Source: Octopus bimaculoides
Lineage: Eukaryota
Reading direction: 5' to 3'
DNA: 64,000 bases
NCBI RefSeq assembly: GCF_001194135.2
Contig: NC_068986.1
Span: 91,389,360-91,453,359, forward strand
The notes below the pieces were generated by a model. It searched no databases, was not told where the DNA came from, and saw only the letters and a program-made list of their open reading frames with translations. A program made the translations under genes and the position numbers. The number at the start of each line of letters is the position of its first letter. The stretch's first letter is position 1. This document shows, piece after piece, positions 53,439-64,000 of this stretch.

Positions 53439-54160
53439 CCTTCCCCACTAACACCAATACTCTCAGTACTCAACTGCTTTTAGATCACAGTCATTGTTAC
53501 AACACTACCATGACCACCACTACTACAACAGCCTTAACAACTACAAGTACCAGTAAACGAGACTAGTCACTATTAGTTACAAGTCATCACTGTATTACAG
53601 TAATATCATACACAAACTATAAGTAAATGCTGTCATCACAGCTACCATTAATCACAGCCCCAAACCACCATACCATCAATTTATGGTGATTAATTTATTC
53701 AACAACCCCAGACCCCCATTTTTTTATCAACCACCATTGAAGTAGGTACCACAACAAACAGTACTACAAATGCTACCAGTTTTGTCAAACACCACCATCA
53801 CTGCAATCACTATCGTAGTATTGAAAAACCATTATCAAAACCACTAGCACAACAGCCAATACCATCATTACCACCACCACCACCGCCACCACCACCACCG
53901 CCACCATCATCAGCATCAACAACATCAAATGAATTCAGTCACTTCCCCTGTTATAACTTATACCAAAATACTGCTACCACTACCAGAAATACAACTGCGA
54001 CCATCGGAAAGAACCACTACAAACAGCACTAACACAGCCATCACCACCATTACCATAACCACTACCATCCTCACAACCGCCACCATCACTACCACCATGA
54101 ATACCATCATTACTACACCCGCTATTAATACCACAATCACAATAGAAGATGAATGAACTA
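51400..54160. repeat. Cluster of (TATC/TGTC)n, (CAT)n, (GGT)n, (AAC)n and (ACC)n tracts
   Basis: Direct inspection. Confidence 0.9.
52487..52695 (-). mobile_element. SINE-B (tail ii)
   Basis: TSD ATAGTAATT. Confidence 0.8.
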
Positions 54161-55420
54161 AATTATGTGAATGGACGATCAATTGAATGAATCAATGGAC
54201 AGAGTGAACGCAAACGAAGCCACACTTCAGCATCCTAGCCTTGATCATTCTGTCTTTTTCATATCTAAGACTACAGAGTCCAAGGAGTCCTTCCTTTTTT
54301 CGAGATATCGGGATGTGAGTTAAGGGAATTTGGCTGCTATTTCTAGCAAGTCTACAGATTATGTAGAGGCTTGCTTGTTGGCTTGATATTGTTGACGATG
54401 TTAAGCTCCAAGAAAACCCTTATTTAGCAAACATTTAAGCAAAGTCTTCCAACCATGACCACCTCGTCTTATTTCCAGATAATACATGAGGACCCTTATC
54501 TATATTATATTTTCCCTTTTTAGAAATGATACAATATGTTTCAAGGGAAATCTGACAACTGTTTCTAGCACAATGAACAACCACATATAGGCTCCTTCAC
54601 TGGTTCATAGCTGATGTTGTTGTTGTTGTTAATGCCGATAGCAGTACTACTGCTGCTAGTTCTAATGGTGGTAGTGATGCTCTCATTCATATTTATTTCT
54701 CTCTCAAATCACACCCTACTATTTTAAAGAGACACATTGAATAATATAATCCAAGATATATAATACCTGGAGAAAAAAAAGACATGATAGATAGTCACAG
54801 CCGGAATGCTATGCTACAACTGATAATGGTGTTAATACTGTAGAAATCCTTTATTTTTGAGCAGGTTGGACTACTGCCTGATTAGGCAACAACACAACAC
54901 ACACAAATCCAGCAACACCAGACAGGATATGTATACGCCACAGCCTCAGTCTGAGGTTACAGGTCACAGGTCACTGCACAACTGCACCAAGCAAGTGTTA
55001 GGAGGTGCGGTAGTAGTAGTAGTGGTGGTGATACTGTAATATTGCAGTATGACAGTTTGAAGAGACAGGAGAGCTTGTTGCATCAAGTTCTTGCTGCTCC
55101 AATGATAGAATTTGAAGTGGTGGGGCTGGCAGTATTTTTGTGTCTTTATGCATATGTGCATGTGTGAGTGTGTGTGTGGTGTGGGGGAGTTGATGTGTAT
55201 ATAACTATGCAAACATACATACATACATATTTATGTATACATACAATGTATATAAAATGTATGTATATGCATATATCTATATGTATGTGTATATTTGTAT
55301 ACATATATGTATATATATCTTCATATGTATATCTATCTTTCACTCTCTCTCTCTTACTTTATATAGATATACATATATATATATACATATATATATAAAT
55401 ACATATATATATATACATAT

Positions 55421-55485
<65 letters not shown>

Positions 55486-55571
55486 CACATATACACATAC
55501 ACACATACTGTTAACAAAAGTCAAGAAGCATGGCATTAGTTATTTCATAAATGAAAAATGCATTAAATACT

Positions 55572-55783
55572 CTTTTCTACTCTAGGCACAAGGCCCAAAA
55601 TTTTTGGGAGGGGGCCAGTCGATTAGATTGACCCCAGTAAGCAACAGGTACTTAAGTTATTGACCCCGAAAGGATAAAAGGCAAAGTCAACCTCGCTGGA
55701 ATTTGAACTCAGAATGTAAAGATGGACAAAATACCACTAAGCATTTCGCCCGGCGTGCTAACGTTTCCGCCAGCTCGCTGCCT
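55572..55783 (-). mobile_element. SINE-B (tail ii) with a 20-bp TSD
   Basis: TSD TGAAAAATGCATTAAATACT at 55552-55571 and 55784-55803. Confidence 0.9.
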
Positions 55784-55789
55784 TGAAAA

Positions 55790-55982
55790 ATGCATTAAAT
55801 ACTACAAAACGTACATGTAGAACAGACACCAGAATCCTAATACTTTGTCAGTTATCAACTGAAAAATACTAATACCTAGTTTCATGCCTTTAACTAGGCA
55901 TTAGTATTTTTCTGTTGATAACTGATGAAGTATGGGGTTAAGGTGTCTGTCCTATGTGTACGTTTTGTAGTATTTAATGCAT
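55790..55982. repeat. Imperfect ~190-bp fold-back element
   Basis: ~90-bp arms (ATGCATTAAATACTACAAAACGTACA...CCTAGTT / AACTAGG...TGTACGTTTTGTAGTATTTAATGCAT), 10-nt loop. Confidence 0.9.
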
Positions 55983-56014
55983 CCCCCCACACACACACAC
56001 ATGCATGCACATGT

Positions 56015-56185
56015 CGTCATCATCATCGTCGTTGAACGTCTGCTTTCCATGCTAGCATGGGTTGGACGATTTGACTGAGGACTGGTGGACCAGGAGGCGA
56101 CACCAGGCTCCAATCTGATATTTGGCATAGTTTCTACAGCTGGATGCCCTTCCTAACGCCAACCACTCCGAGAGTGTAGTAAGTT
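56015..56185 (-). mobile_element. SINE-C 3' part
   Basis: Core and tail. Confidence 0.85.
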
Positions 56186-56191
56186 GTAAAA

Positions 56192-56242
<51 letters not shown>

Positions 56243-56513
56243 NNNNNNNNNNNNNNNNNNNNNNNNNNNNNNNNNNNNNNNNNNNNNNNNNNNNNNNNNN
56301 NNNNNNNNNNNNNNNNNNNNNNNNNNNNNNNNNNNNNNNNNNNNNNNNNNNNNNNNNNNNNNNNNNNNNNNNNNNNNNNNNNNNNNNNNNNNNNNNNNNN
56401 NNNNNNNNNNNNNNNNNNNNNNNNNNNNNNNNNNNNNNNNNNNNNNNNNNNNNNNNNNNNNNNNNNNNNNNNNNNNNNNNNNNNNNNNNNNNNNNNNNNN
56501 NNNNNNNNNNNNN

Positions 56514-56550
<37 letters not shown>

Positions 56551-57292
56551 CACACAATATACATGAATGTATGTACATACATATTCATTCATTCATTCTT
56601 ATATAAAGTACACTCACACACACACACAATGGGAGCTCAGTCAGATCAGAATTTCCAGCTATGCTTATACAGTTGTTTCAAGTAAATTACCAGGTTCACT
56701 GAAATCAATATATAAGTGACTGAGTATTCCACAGTCACATGTACTGTTAATGGTTGAGTTCCAGTCAGAATCAGTGTAACACAGTGTGATTACACAGTTG
56801 GATCTTTTGAATTGCAAGTACAGCCCATCCAACAAGCTTCTACCATTTTTGTCAATCTATTTTCATTCACAAGACACAGTTTCAGCTGAAGCTACAGAAA
56901 ATGACATTTGCCCAAGATTCCAAGCAATGAAGTTGAACCCAGGATCTCAAGGTTGCAAAGGAAACTTCTTAACCTTTCAGTTATATTGGGTCTTGGTACA
57001 GGTGTTGCTGCCACATGGTTTCAGGTTCAGTTCCATTGAACAGTGACACCGTGGGCGAGTGTCTTCTACTATAGCCTCAGGTTGACCAAAGTCTTGCAAT
57101 TGGATCTAGTCAATGGAAACTGGAAGAAGCCAACTGGCTGTATGTATGTGTGTGTGTGTGCGTGTATGAGTGTGTGTGTGTGCATGTGCGTGCATGTATT
57201 TATCTCATCAAGCAATATTTCACTTGTTATGGCTTAGAACTGGTCAGAATGCTTCTATTGATTTCATACTAAATGCTACCAGTAGACAATAT

Positions 57293-57660
57293 TCTTTTTT
57301 ACTCTAGGCACGAGGCCCAAATTTTGGGAGAAGGACCCAGTCAATTAGATCGAAGCAGTACATCCGAAAGGATGAAAGACAAAGTTGATCTTGGTGGAAT
57401 TTGAACTCAGAATGTAAAGCCAGACGAAATACCACTAAGCATTTCACCCAACATGCTAACGTTTCTTATTTCTTTATTGCCCACAAGGGGCTACACACAG
57501 AGAGGACAAACAAGGAGAGACAAATAGATTAAGTCGATTATATCGACCCCAGTGCATAACTGGTACTTATTTCATCGACCCCGAAAGGATTAAAGGCAAA
57601 GATGAAATACCACTAAACATTTTGCCCGGAGTGCTACCGTTTCTGCCAGCTCGCCACCTT
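57293..57660 (-). mobile_element. Nested SINE-B: tail-i copy inserted into the head of a tail-ii copy
   Basis: Junction GCTAACGTTTC|TTATTTC at 57465. Confidence 0.8.
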
Positions 57661-57869
57661 TGCCAATAGACAATATTGACGTCTCTTCAGACATGCTGGT
57701 TGGAAGCACATAACCTCTTTAGCACTGGAGATACATAGACTCTTGGTTGCTTCAGTGGTGGCAAAAGTGTAGAATGATGTTTATCAAAAATATTTCAGGG
57801 GAGAAACTACAGGCAGAATACTCAGATGAGATTTTTCAGCGAATAGTGAAGAATTTCCAGGGAATGCAG

Positions 57870-58140
57870 GAGCTGTGGTCAACAAAACAGAAATAGTATC
57901 TACCAACACCAAAGGGACAACACTTATACAGAAATGTATTGGGGCAATAGAGCACTCCTTTGAAGAAAGGCTGCATAATCACAGACTGACTTTTAGGATC
58001 CAAGAAGGGCGTAATGTCACAGCATAAGCCAACAGTATGATAAATAAAAGCCATATAACATCAGCTGGAGGTAGCTGGAAAGATTAGGAAATATAGGCTT
58101 TGCTTGGGAGGGAAAAGAATCATCCTAAAAAATTTGCATT
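57870..58140 (+). mobile_element. Penelope-like GIY-YIG endonuclease fragment
   Basis: CIGAIEHSFEERLHNHRLTFR...YRLCLGGKRIIL resembles YIGxTExxFKxRxxNHxxSF...CxLCLxEKxxIL. Confidence 0.6.
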
Positions 58141-58659
58141 TTCTGAGTGATTTTCTGAACTAAAAAAGTGAAATTAAAAATTATAGTTCATAATTTAAAT
58201 TAAATTAAATTAAATTAATAAGATTTCTGCTTTTATTCTGATGATACTGCTTTCAATGATTATTTTAGCTGATTGTGTATATACATGCAAGCTTGCCACA
58301 ACAGGATTTACTACATTGTAATAACTTATTGGAATTTAATGATCGCTTTTCAGTTTAGCTCAATTACTGTGTATATACATTGTCATGTTTATACACATTT
58401 TCCTCTCACTTTCTCTCTCCCTACACACACACACCCACACACACACACAACCCATGCACCCACAAACACACGCATGCATGCACATGCACACACACACACA
58501 CATGAACTTATACAAGAAGATGGAATAAACAGGCTTCGATTACTAATTACAACATTTGTTTCTCTGCAGTGACAACATTTGCAAGTTGCTGAGTTTTCAG
58601 TCTCATACCATTGCATAAATTATTTTATAAATAATTACATAAATATGATCTAACAGGAG

Positions 58660-58960
58660 CTGTTGTCAAACCACTAAGTTATGGGGAGACATAAACACAC
58701 CAACACTGCTTGTCAAGCAATGGTGGGGGGAAAACACAGACACAAAGACACACACACACACACACACATAAATATATATATATATATATGTATATACAAT
58801 GGGCTTCTTTCAGTTTCCATCTACTAAATCCACTTACAAGACTTTGGTTGGCCCAAGGCTATAGCAGAAGACACTTGCCCAAGGTTCCATGCAGTGAGAC
58901 TGAACCTAGAAACACAAGGTGAGGAAGCAAACTTCTTACCACACAGCCTCACCTGCACCT
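58660..58960 (-). mobile_element. SINE-A, 3' truncated
   Basis: Head and core motifs. Confidence 0.75.
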
Positions 58961-59649
58961 ATATATATATATATATATATATTGAAATTTATATTAAAAA
59001 AAAAGACAAAGACAGGTGTATGAACAAGGAAGTGTATTAGTTTGATGTTATATATATATGTGACAGTGGATTTTCATCAATGAGTTCATGAACCTTGGTT
59101 CTTTTCTCTAAAACTATATATTCATATTTTATACTGTGAAACTTAATTTAATTTTAATTTTTAATAAATTGAATTTAATTGAGTTTTTACCTGTAAATTT
59201 GGATTTTTATCCCTAATATTATTATTATATATATATATATATGTACATAAATATATATACATAAATATATATATATAAATANNNNNNNNNNNNNNNNNNN
59301 NNNNNNNNNNNNNNNNNNNNNNNNNNNNNNNNNNNNNNNNNNNNNNNNNNNNNNNNNNNNNNNNNNNNNNNNNNNNNNNNNNNNNNNNNNNNNNNNNNNN
59401 NNNNNNNNNNNNNNNNNNNNNNNNNNNNNNNNNNNNNNNNNNNNNNNNNNNNNNNNNNNNNNNNNNNNNNNNNNNNNNNNNNNNNNNNNNNNNNNNNNNN
59501 NNNNNNNNNNNNATAAATATATAAATAAATATATAAATAAATATATATATATATATGAAATTAAAGACAACTCAAGGGACAATTACAAGAAAATGTCATG
59601 ATAGTCCTTGATTACTGGAATCACCTCAAAACACTCAAACTGTTTTCTC

Positions 59650-59960
59650 TTTATGTCCCTCTCTATGCTACATCATTTGTAGAATGTGAAAAATGCAACC
59701 AGTATTGTCCAAACGATGTTAACATCAAGTTCAAAAATCAATACAATAATCAGACTCGCAGCACATAACTACACTGCAACACAACTGTTTTACCTGAACT
59801 GTTCCTGCATTATTCAACATTACGTAGAATAAATCAACGCAGAAAAGGATCTCGTAACCTTCAAACAATATCTGGGCAAATTCCTCAAAGAAACAGCAGA
59901 CAAACCACTGACACTAAACATATGTTTTAACAAGCAATGGCTCCCTAATTGAATTATGGT
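59650..59960 (+). mobile_element. CR1/L2-like LINE 3' end fragment
   Basis: INAEKDLVTFKQYLGKFLKETADKP resembles the FKxxLDKFLxxIPDxP terminal motif. Confidence 0.55.
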
Positions 59961-60179
59961 GTTTGGCTTCACCTTGTGGTGCTAGGCCTAATACTAGCTG
60001 AACCTATATAAGTTAAAATTTTATATCCCAGCATGCCAACATGACTACAGTTAAGTGGCTGAAAGCAGTAACAAAAGTGTATGTGTGTGTGTTATCATTT
60101 GTTGGGGCACTGTCTTGGAGGGTGTAGTTGAACAGATTAATTCCAGTCCCTTATTTTGCAGTCTGGTACTTATTCTGCT

Positions 60180-60363
60180 GGTTCTTTATTTTCCATCTTA
60201 CTGTGAATTTTGCTTCATTTTGAAAAATAAAAGTTTATTTTATGATTTATTATCGTTTACATTTTGAATTATTTTTGTTTACATTTTGAACCATTTACAT
60301 GTACTTGAGGGCACCAAAACCTTTTAAGTGCTTAGGGCCTCTATGGACCTTAATCCAGCCCTG
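60180..60363 (-). mobile_element. Partial copy of the same hAT MITE family as 33000-33451
   Basis: Reverse complement matches the left ~190 bp of that MITE, including the TIR (..TTAATCCAGCCCTG). Confidence 0.75.
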
Positions 60364-60790
60364 ATTACACGTATATGTTAGTAATAAAATGCAGTTCAAT
60401 CTTTTAGTGAGGAAGGGAAATAGTGTCTTGATCCGTTGCAAGGTCTTCGAAGACTGGTGGGAAGGAATGAGAGAGGGGGGTATCTTTAAATCAATGATCT
60501 TACCCAAATGATTGCAGCAAAGTGAACCATGTTAAAAGCACCCAAGACACCAGATGGGCAATGGATTAAGTCTACCACTCAACAGTATTTATAACAACAT
60601 AAGACTGAAACTGTTACATCATATAAGCAAGCATGTCACTAACATCATGTGTCACTTATCTCAAGTACTGTTGTTGTGTCATTATGTGGCACATGACAGT
60701 AATAAGCTCTAGCCAGACACATCAAGTTTTAATGTATTAATGGTAATCACACCTGCTTTCAGAATTGGATCACCCATAATGTTACACATA

Positions 60791-61185
60791 TAGGTGTGGG
60801 AGTGGCTGTGTGGTAAGAAGCTTGCTTCCGAACCACATGGTTCCAGTTTCAGTCCCACTTCATGGCACCTTGGGCAAGTGTCTTCTACTATAGCCCTGAG
60901 CCAACCAAAGCCTTGTGAGTGGATTTGGTAGACGGAAACTGAAAGAAGCCCATCATATATATATATATATATATATGTATTTGTATGTCTGTATTTGTCC
61001 CCCTACCATCACTTGACAATCGATGTTGGTGTGTTTAAGTTCCTGTAACTTAGCAGTTCAGCAAATGCGACCGATAGAATAAGTACTGGGCTTACAAAGA
61101 ATAAGTGCTGGAGTCAATTTGGTCAACTAAATGTGGTGCTCCGGCATGGCTGCAGTCAAATGATTGAAACAAGTAAAAGAAAGAA
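60791..61185 (+). mobile_element. SINE-A, full length
   Basis: Head, core and tail present. Confidence 0.85.
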
Positions 61186-61322
61186 AAATAAAATATGACA
61201 ACTGCAGTGAACAATGATAATCTACACAGGAGTACAAGGTGGTAGCACTGAGTAATTACCAAATGTTTTGTACACATAAACTACTGATTAAAAAGCCATA
61301 AACACACAGACGCATATATATA

Positions 61323-61487
61323 CATCATCATCATCATCATCATCATCGTTTAACGTCCACTTTCCATGCTAGCATGGGTTGGACGATTTGACTGAGGACT
61401 GGTGAAACCGGATGGCAACACCAGGCTCCAATCTAATTTGGCAGAGTTTCTACAGCTGGATGCCCTTCCTAACGCCAACCACTCATA
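61323..61487 (-). mobile_element. SINE-C 3' part
   Basis: Core and (CAT)n tail. Confidence 0.85.
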
Positions 61488-61659
61488 CACATAATACACA
61501 AACACTCACAGACATTAATACACAACCACAAATATACAGACATAAAAAAGCCTTTGACACTAACATTGTACTACTGGTTACTGACTTTTGTGCTTTTATT
61601 CCTACAACCAAATTTTCCCTTAGATCACACACTATTTAGATGATATCTAAAATTATATT

Positions 61660-61925
61660 TATTTCTTTATTGCCCACAGGGGGCTAAACATAGAGGGCGA
61701 CAAACAAGGACAGACAAAAGGATTAAGTCGATTACATCGACCCCAGTGCATAACTGGTACTTATTTAATCGACCCCAGTGCATAACTAGTACTTAGTTAA
61801 TTGACCCCGAAAGGATGAAAGGCAAAGTCGACCTTGATGGAATTTGAACTCAGAATGTAACGGCAGATGGAATACCTCCAAGTATTTCACCTGGCATGCT
61901 AAGGATTCTGCCAGCTTGCCACCCA
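61660..61925 (-). mobile_element. SINE-B (tail i) with an internal tandem duplication
   Basis: TSD ATCTAAAATTATATT (61645-61659, 61926-61940); CGACCCCAGTGCATAACT.GTACTTA duplicated. Confidence 0.85.
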
Positions 61926-62526
61926 ATCTAAAATTATATTGGTTAATGAAGTATCAGAAACAAAATGGAGTGGTTATAGTTGGAGCATTTTTTTAATTGT
62001 AGGTCTTTTCAATCAGAGCTGACTTGGAGGCTAAAACAATGACAAAAAGTTCAGCAGCCTATAGAGAAGCATAAGCCAAAGAGGGAGCCTCTAGGTAATC
62101 ACTTGACCTGCAAGACATACCAGCCAAATTTCCCTCAAACCACACTTTACCATCTTAAACAAAGAGGACATATTAGATAATGTATTCCAATATACTCATA
62201 AAAAAAGATGGGATGGTAACAGCTAGAATGCCTTTGGTCATAAAAGAGCTTGATCTCAAGATTGACCAGGGGTTAAACAACAACAGAATTAACTTGTGTT
62301 GGATTTAGACATAAACTAAACAAGCTACAGCTTAGGATTTGACAGTCCACAGGAACCTCAATAATTCACAAGGGTCTCACAATCTACAGGGCCTTGAACT
62401 CATTAAAAAGTATACATGTTTTCAATGTGTGACCATCTAGTGTAATTTTTTAACAAGAAGCTTCCAAGCTTTTTTTTATAGTTTAGAGCTTTGCCAAGCC
62501 TAAATCCAACACTGAGACAGCATTGT

Positions 62527-62668
62527 CTTTTTTTTCTACTCAAGGTATAAGGACTGAAATTTTGGGGGAGGGAGCCAGTCGATTAGATCAACCCCAGTAT
62601 GCAACTGGTACTTAATTTTTCGACCCCGAAAGGATGAAAGGCAAAGTCAACCTCAGCAGAATTTGAAG
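62527..62668 (-). mobile_element. SINE-B (tail ii), 5' truncated
   Basis: Tail and central motifs only. Confidence 0.7.
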
Positions 62669-63009
62669 CACTGAGACAGTATTGGTGAACGGTAATTGTT
62701 AACTGTTGACTAAGTCTGTATTCACTATGGACATTACCAGAACCTACAAACATGCAGTCTAACTGGCAAGGGACAACTACAACTTGTTAGAAACAGCAGT
62801 CAAATTTCCCTCAAATTATACTCCATCATTTAAAAAAAGAAAGACACACTGCACAATATAGTCCAGGGTACACTGTTCTTGCGGGGAAGACAAAAGACAG
62901 GATGGTCATATGTTGAATGTCAGTGATCATAAGTCTGTTCAGTTGGAACTGACTTGGAACTAAACAATAACAACAACAACAACAACAACAACAACTAATT
63001 AGAATAAAG

Positions 63010-63485
63010 TCATCAACAGGAATACTTCAGCTTCTGACCCACAGATATAGGGCATCCTTCTCTGCTTTGTCTATTGCAACTATAATGAACTCTGATGCTC
63101 GGAGCTGGCTAGCCTGATGCCACTTTCATTCAGGCATTCTCACCCTACATGTTTGGCTCTCCTCTTTGCACTACCACTGTTGTCTCCAACCCCACTCCCA
63201 AACCTCAGACTTATCACTCCACCCAGTCCTTCCTTCCTAGAATGTCAGCTCTATGGAATTCCCTCCTTGTTCATGTCTTTCCTGCAGGTGTTGACATGTA
63301 CATAGGCTCAGGAATGAAAGAAGGGGGTGCACCCCCTAAACAGATTTTGTTCTTACACTTATGGACTTGTAAAGGTTCAAGAAGAACATTAATGTCATCA
63401 ATCTCACTGGTCTAGGAGACCTTGTGAAAGCCACAAGCACTGACTCTTTGCCCAGACACAGTAAGTGAAGAAAAGAAAAGAAAAA
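63010..63485 (+). mobile_element. CR1/Jockey-group LINE 3' end with a short internal insertion
   Basis: HSTQSFLPRMSALWNSLLVHVFPAGVD, then FKKNINVINL after a ~65-bp interruption; A-rich tail at about 63470-63485. Confidence 0.65.
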
Positions 63486-63723
63486 TACCAACTCCTTACA
63501 TGCCATACAGGTCTGCATTATCAAAGCTGATCAGTAGGTACGCAACAATAACAGTAAAGGTGTCTGCTACCCTGATGTATACCTCATTAAACCTCGTCCA
63601 CTTAAAAAAACATTTGACAAAACCTGTCATTCTACTTGCTGTTGTCAATTTGTTTCTCACATTAAGAACATGATAAAAAGAAGAAAAACAAAAAGAAAAA
63701 GAAACCAATGGAAGCCTCTAAAT

Positions 63724-63913
63724 CAGTGGTTCTTTACCTTTTTGATATCGAGGTTAAATCCAAAACCTGGATTTTTTTAGGGGCCTGTAACAAAAAAAAA
63801 AAATGTAAGTTGATTAAAGAAAAATTTATTTGTTGAGTGAAGACTGTCGAGGGCCACTGGAAGGATGCCTGAGGGCTGCAAGTAGCCCTTGGAGCCGTGG
63901 TTGAGAACTACTG
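63724..63913. mobile_element. hAT (Charlie-like) MITE
   Basis: TIRs CAGTGGTTCTTTACC / GGTTGAGAACTACTG; 8-bp TSD CTCTAAAT / CTCTATAT. Confidence 0.8.
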
Positions 63914-64000
63914 CTCTATATAGTCACTCAATTTGTTAGAAATAGCAGCTAAATCCCCTTTAAATCACACCTACTGTAAATGATTTAAAAAAAACGACAT

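Larger units (their letters stand above)
991..59512. other. Fifteen assembly N-gaps (e.g. 991-1340, 5105-5373, 10624-10904, 17568-18197, 41229-41962, 59282-59512), mostly inside microsatellites
   Basis: Runs of n. Confidence 1.

Noticed and set aside
958-59582. All long X-containing ORFs
   Set aside because: They simply read through N-gaps.
11155-61185. tRNA genes at SINE heads
   Set aside because: Only A/B-box-like remnants; no cloverleaf; each continues into SINE body and tail.
63420-63480. Host exon ending at CA|GTAAGT
   Set aside because: Lies within a LINE 3' UTR, and frames from nearby acceptors contain stops.

Overview
Eukaryotic, repeat-saturated, gappy draft sequence (15 N-gaps) that looks intronic or intergenic. 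The three abundant short interspersed repeats plus extreme (CA)n/(TA)n/(CAT)n/(GGT)n content suggest an Octopus genome (inference from recalled repeat consensus, not a database match). I found no intact host gene; the long ORFs in the track are microsatellite or N-gap artefacts. Supportable content: dozens of copies of three SINE-like families (my labels A, B, C; representative copies listed) and decayed LINE fragments of RTE, R4/Dong-like (restriction-like endonuclease) and CR1/Jockey-group type. There are also Penelope-like relics, a mariner fragment, hAT and piggyBac-type MITEs, a probable Helentron-associated element, several fold-back palindromes and one full-length U6 snRNA retrocopy. 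The best observation is that this U6 copy is fused directly to a full-length SINE-B, with one 10-bp target-site duplication around both, i.e. a U6-SINE chimeric retrocopy. Next are an RTE insertion with a twin-priming-type 5' inversion and a strong GTTTC target bias of one SINE-B subtype. Alignments were done by eye, so repeat boundaries are approximate (+/-10 bp) unless a TSD is quoted.
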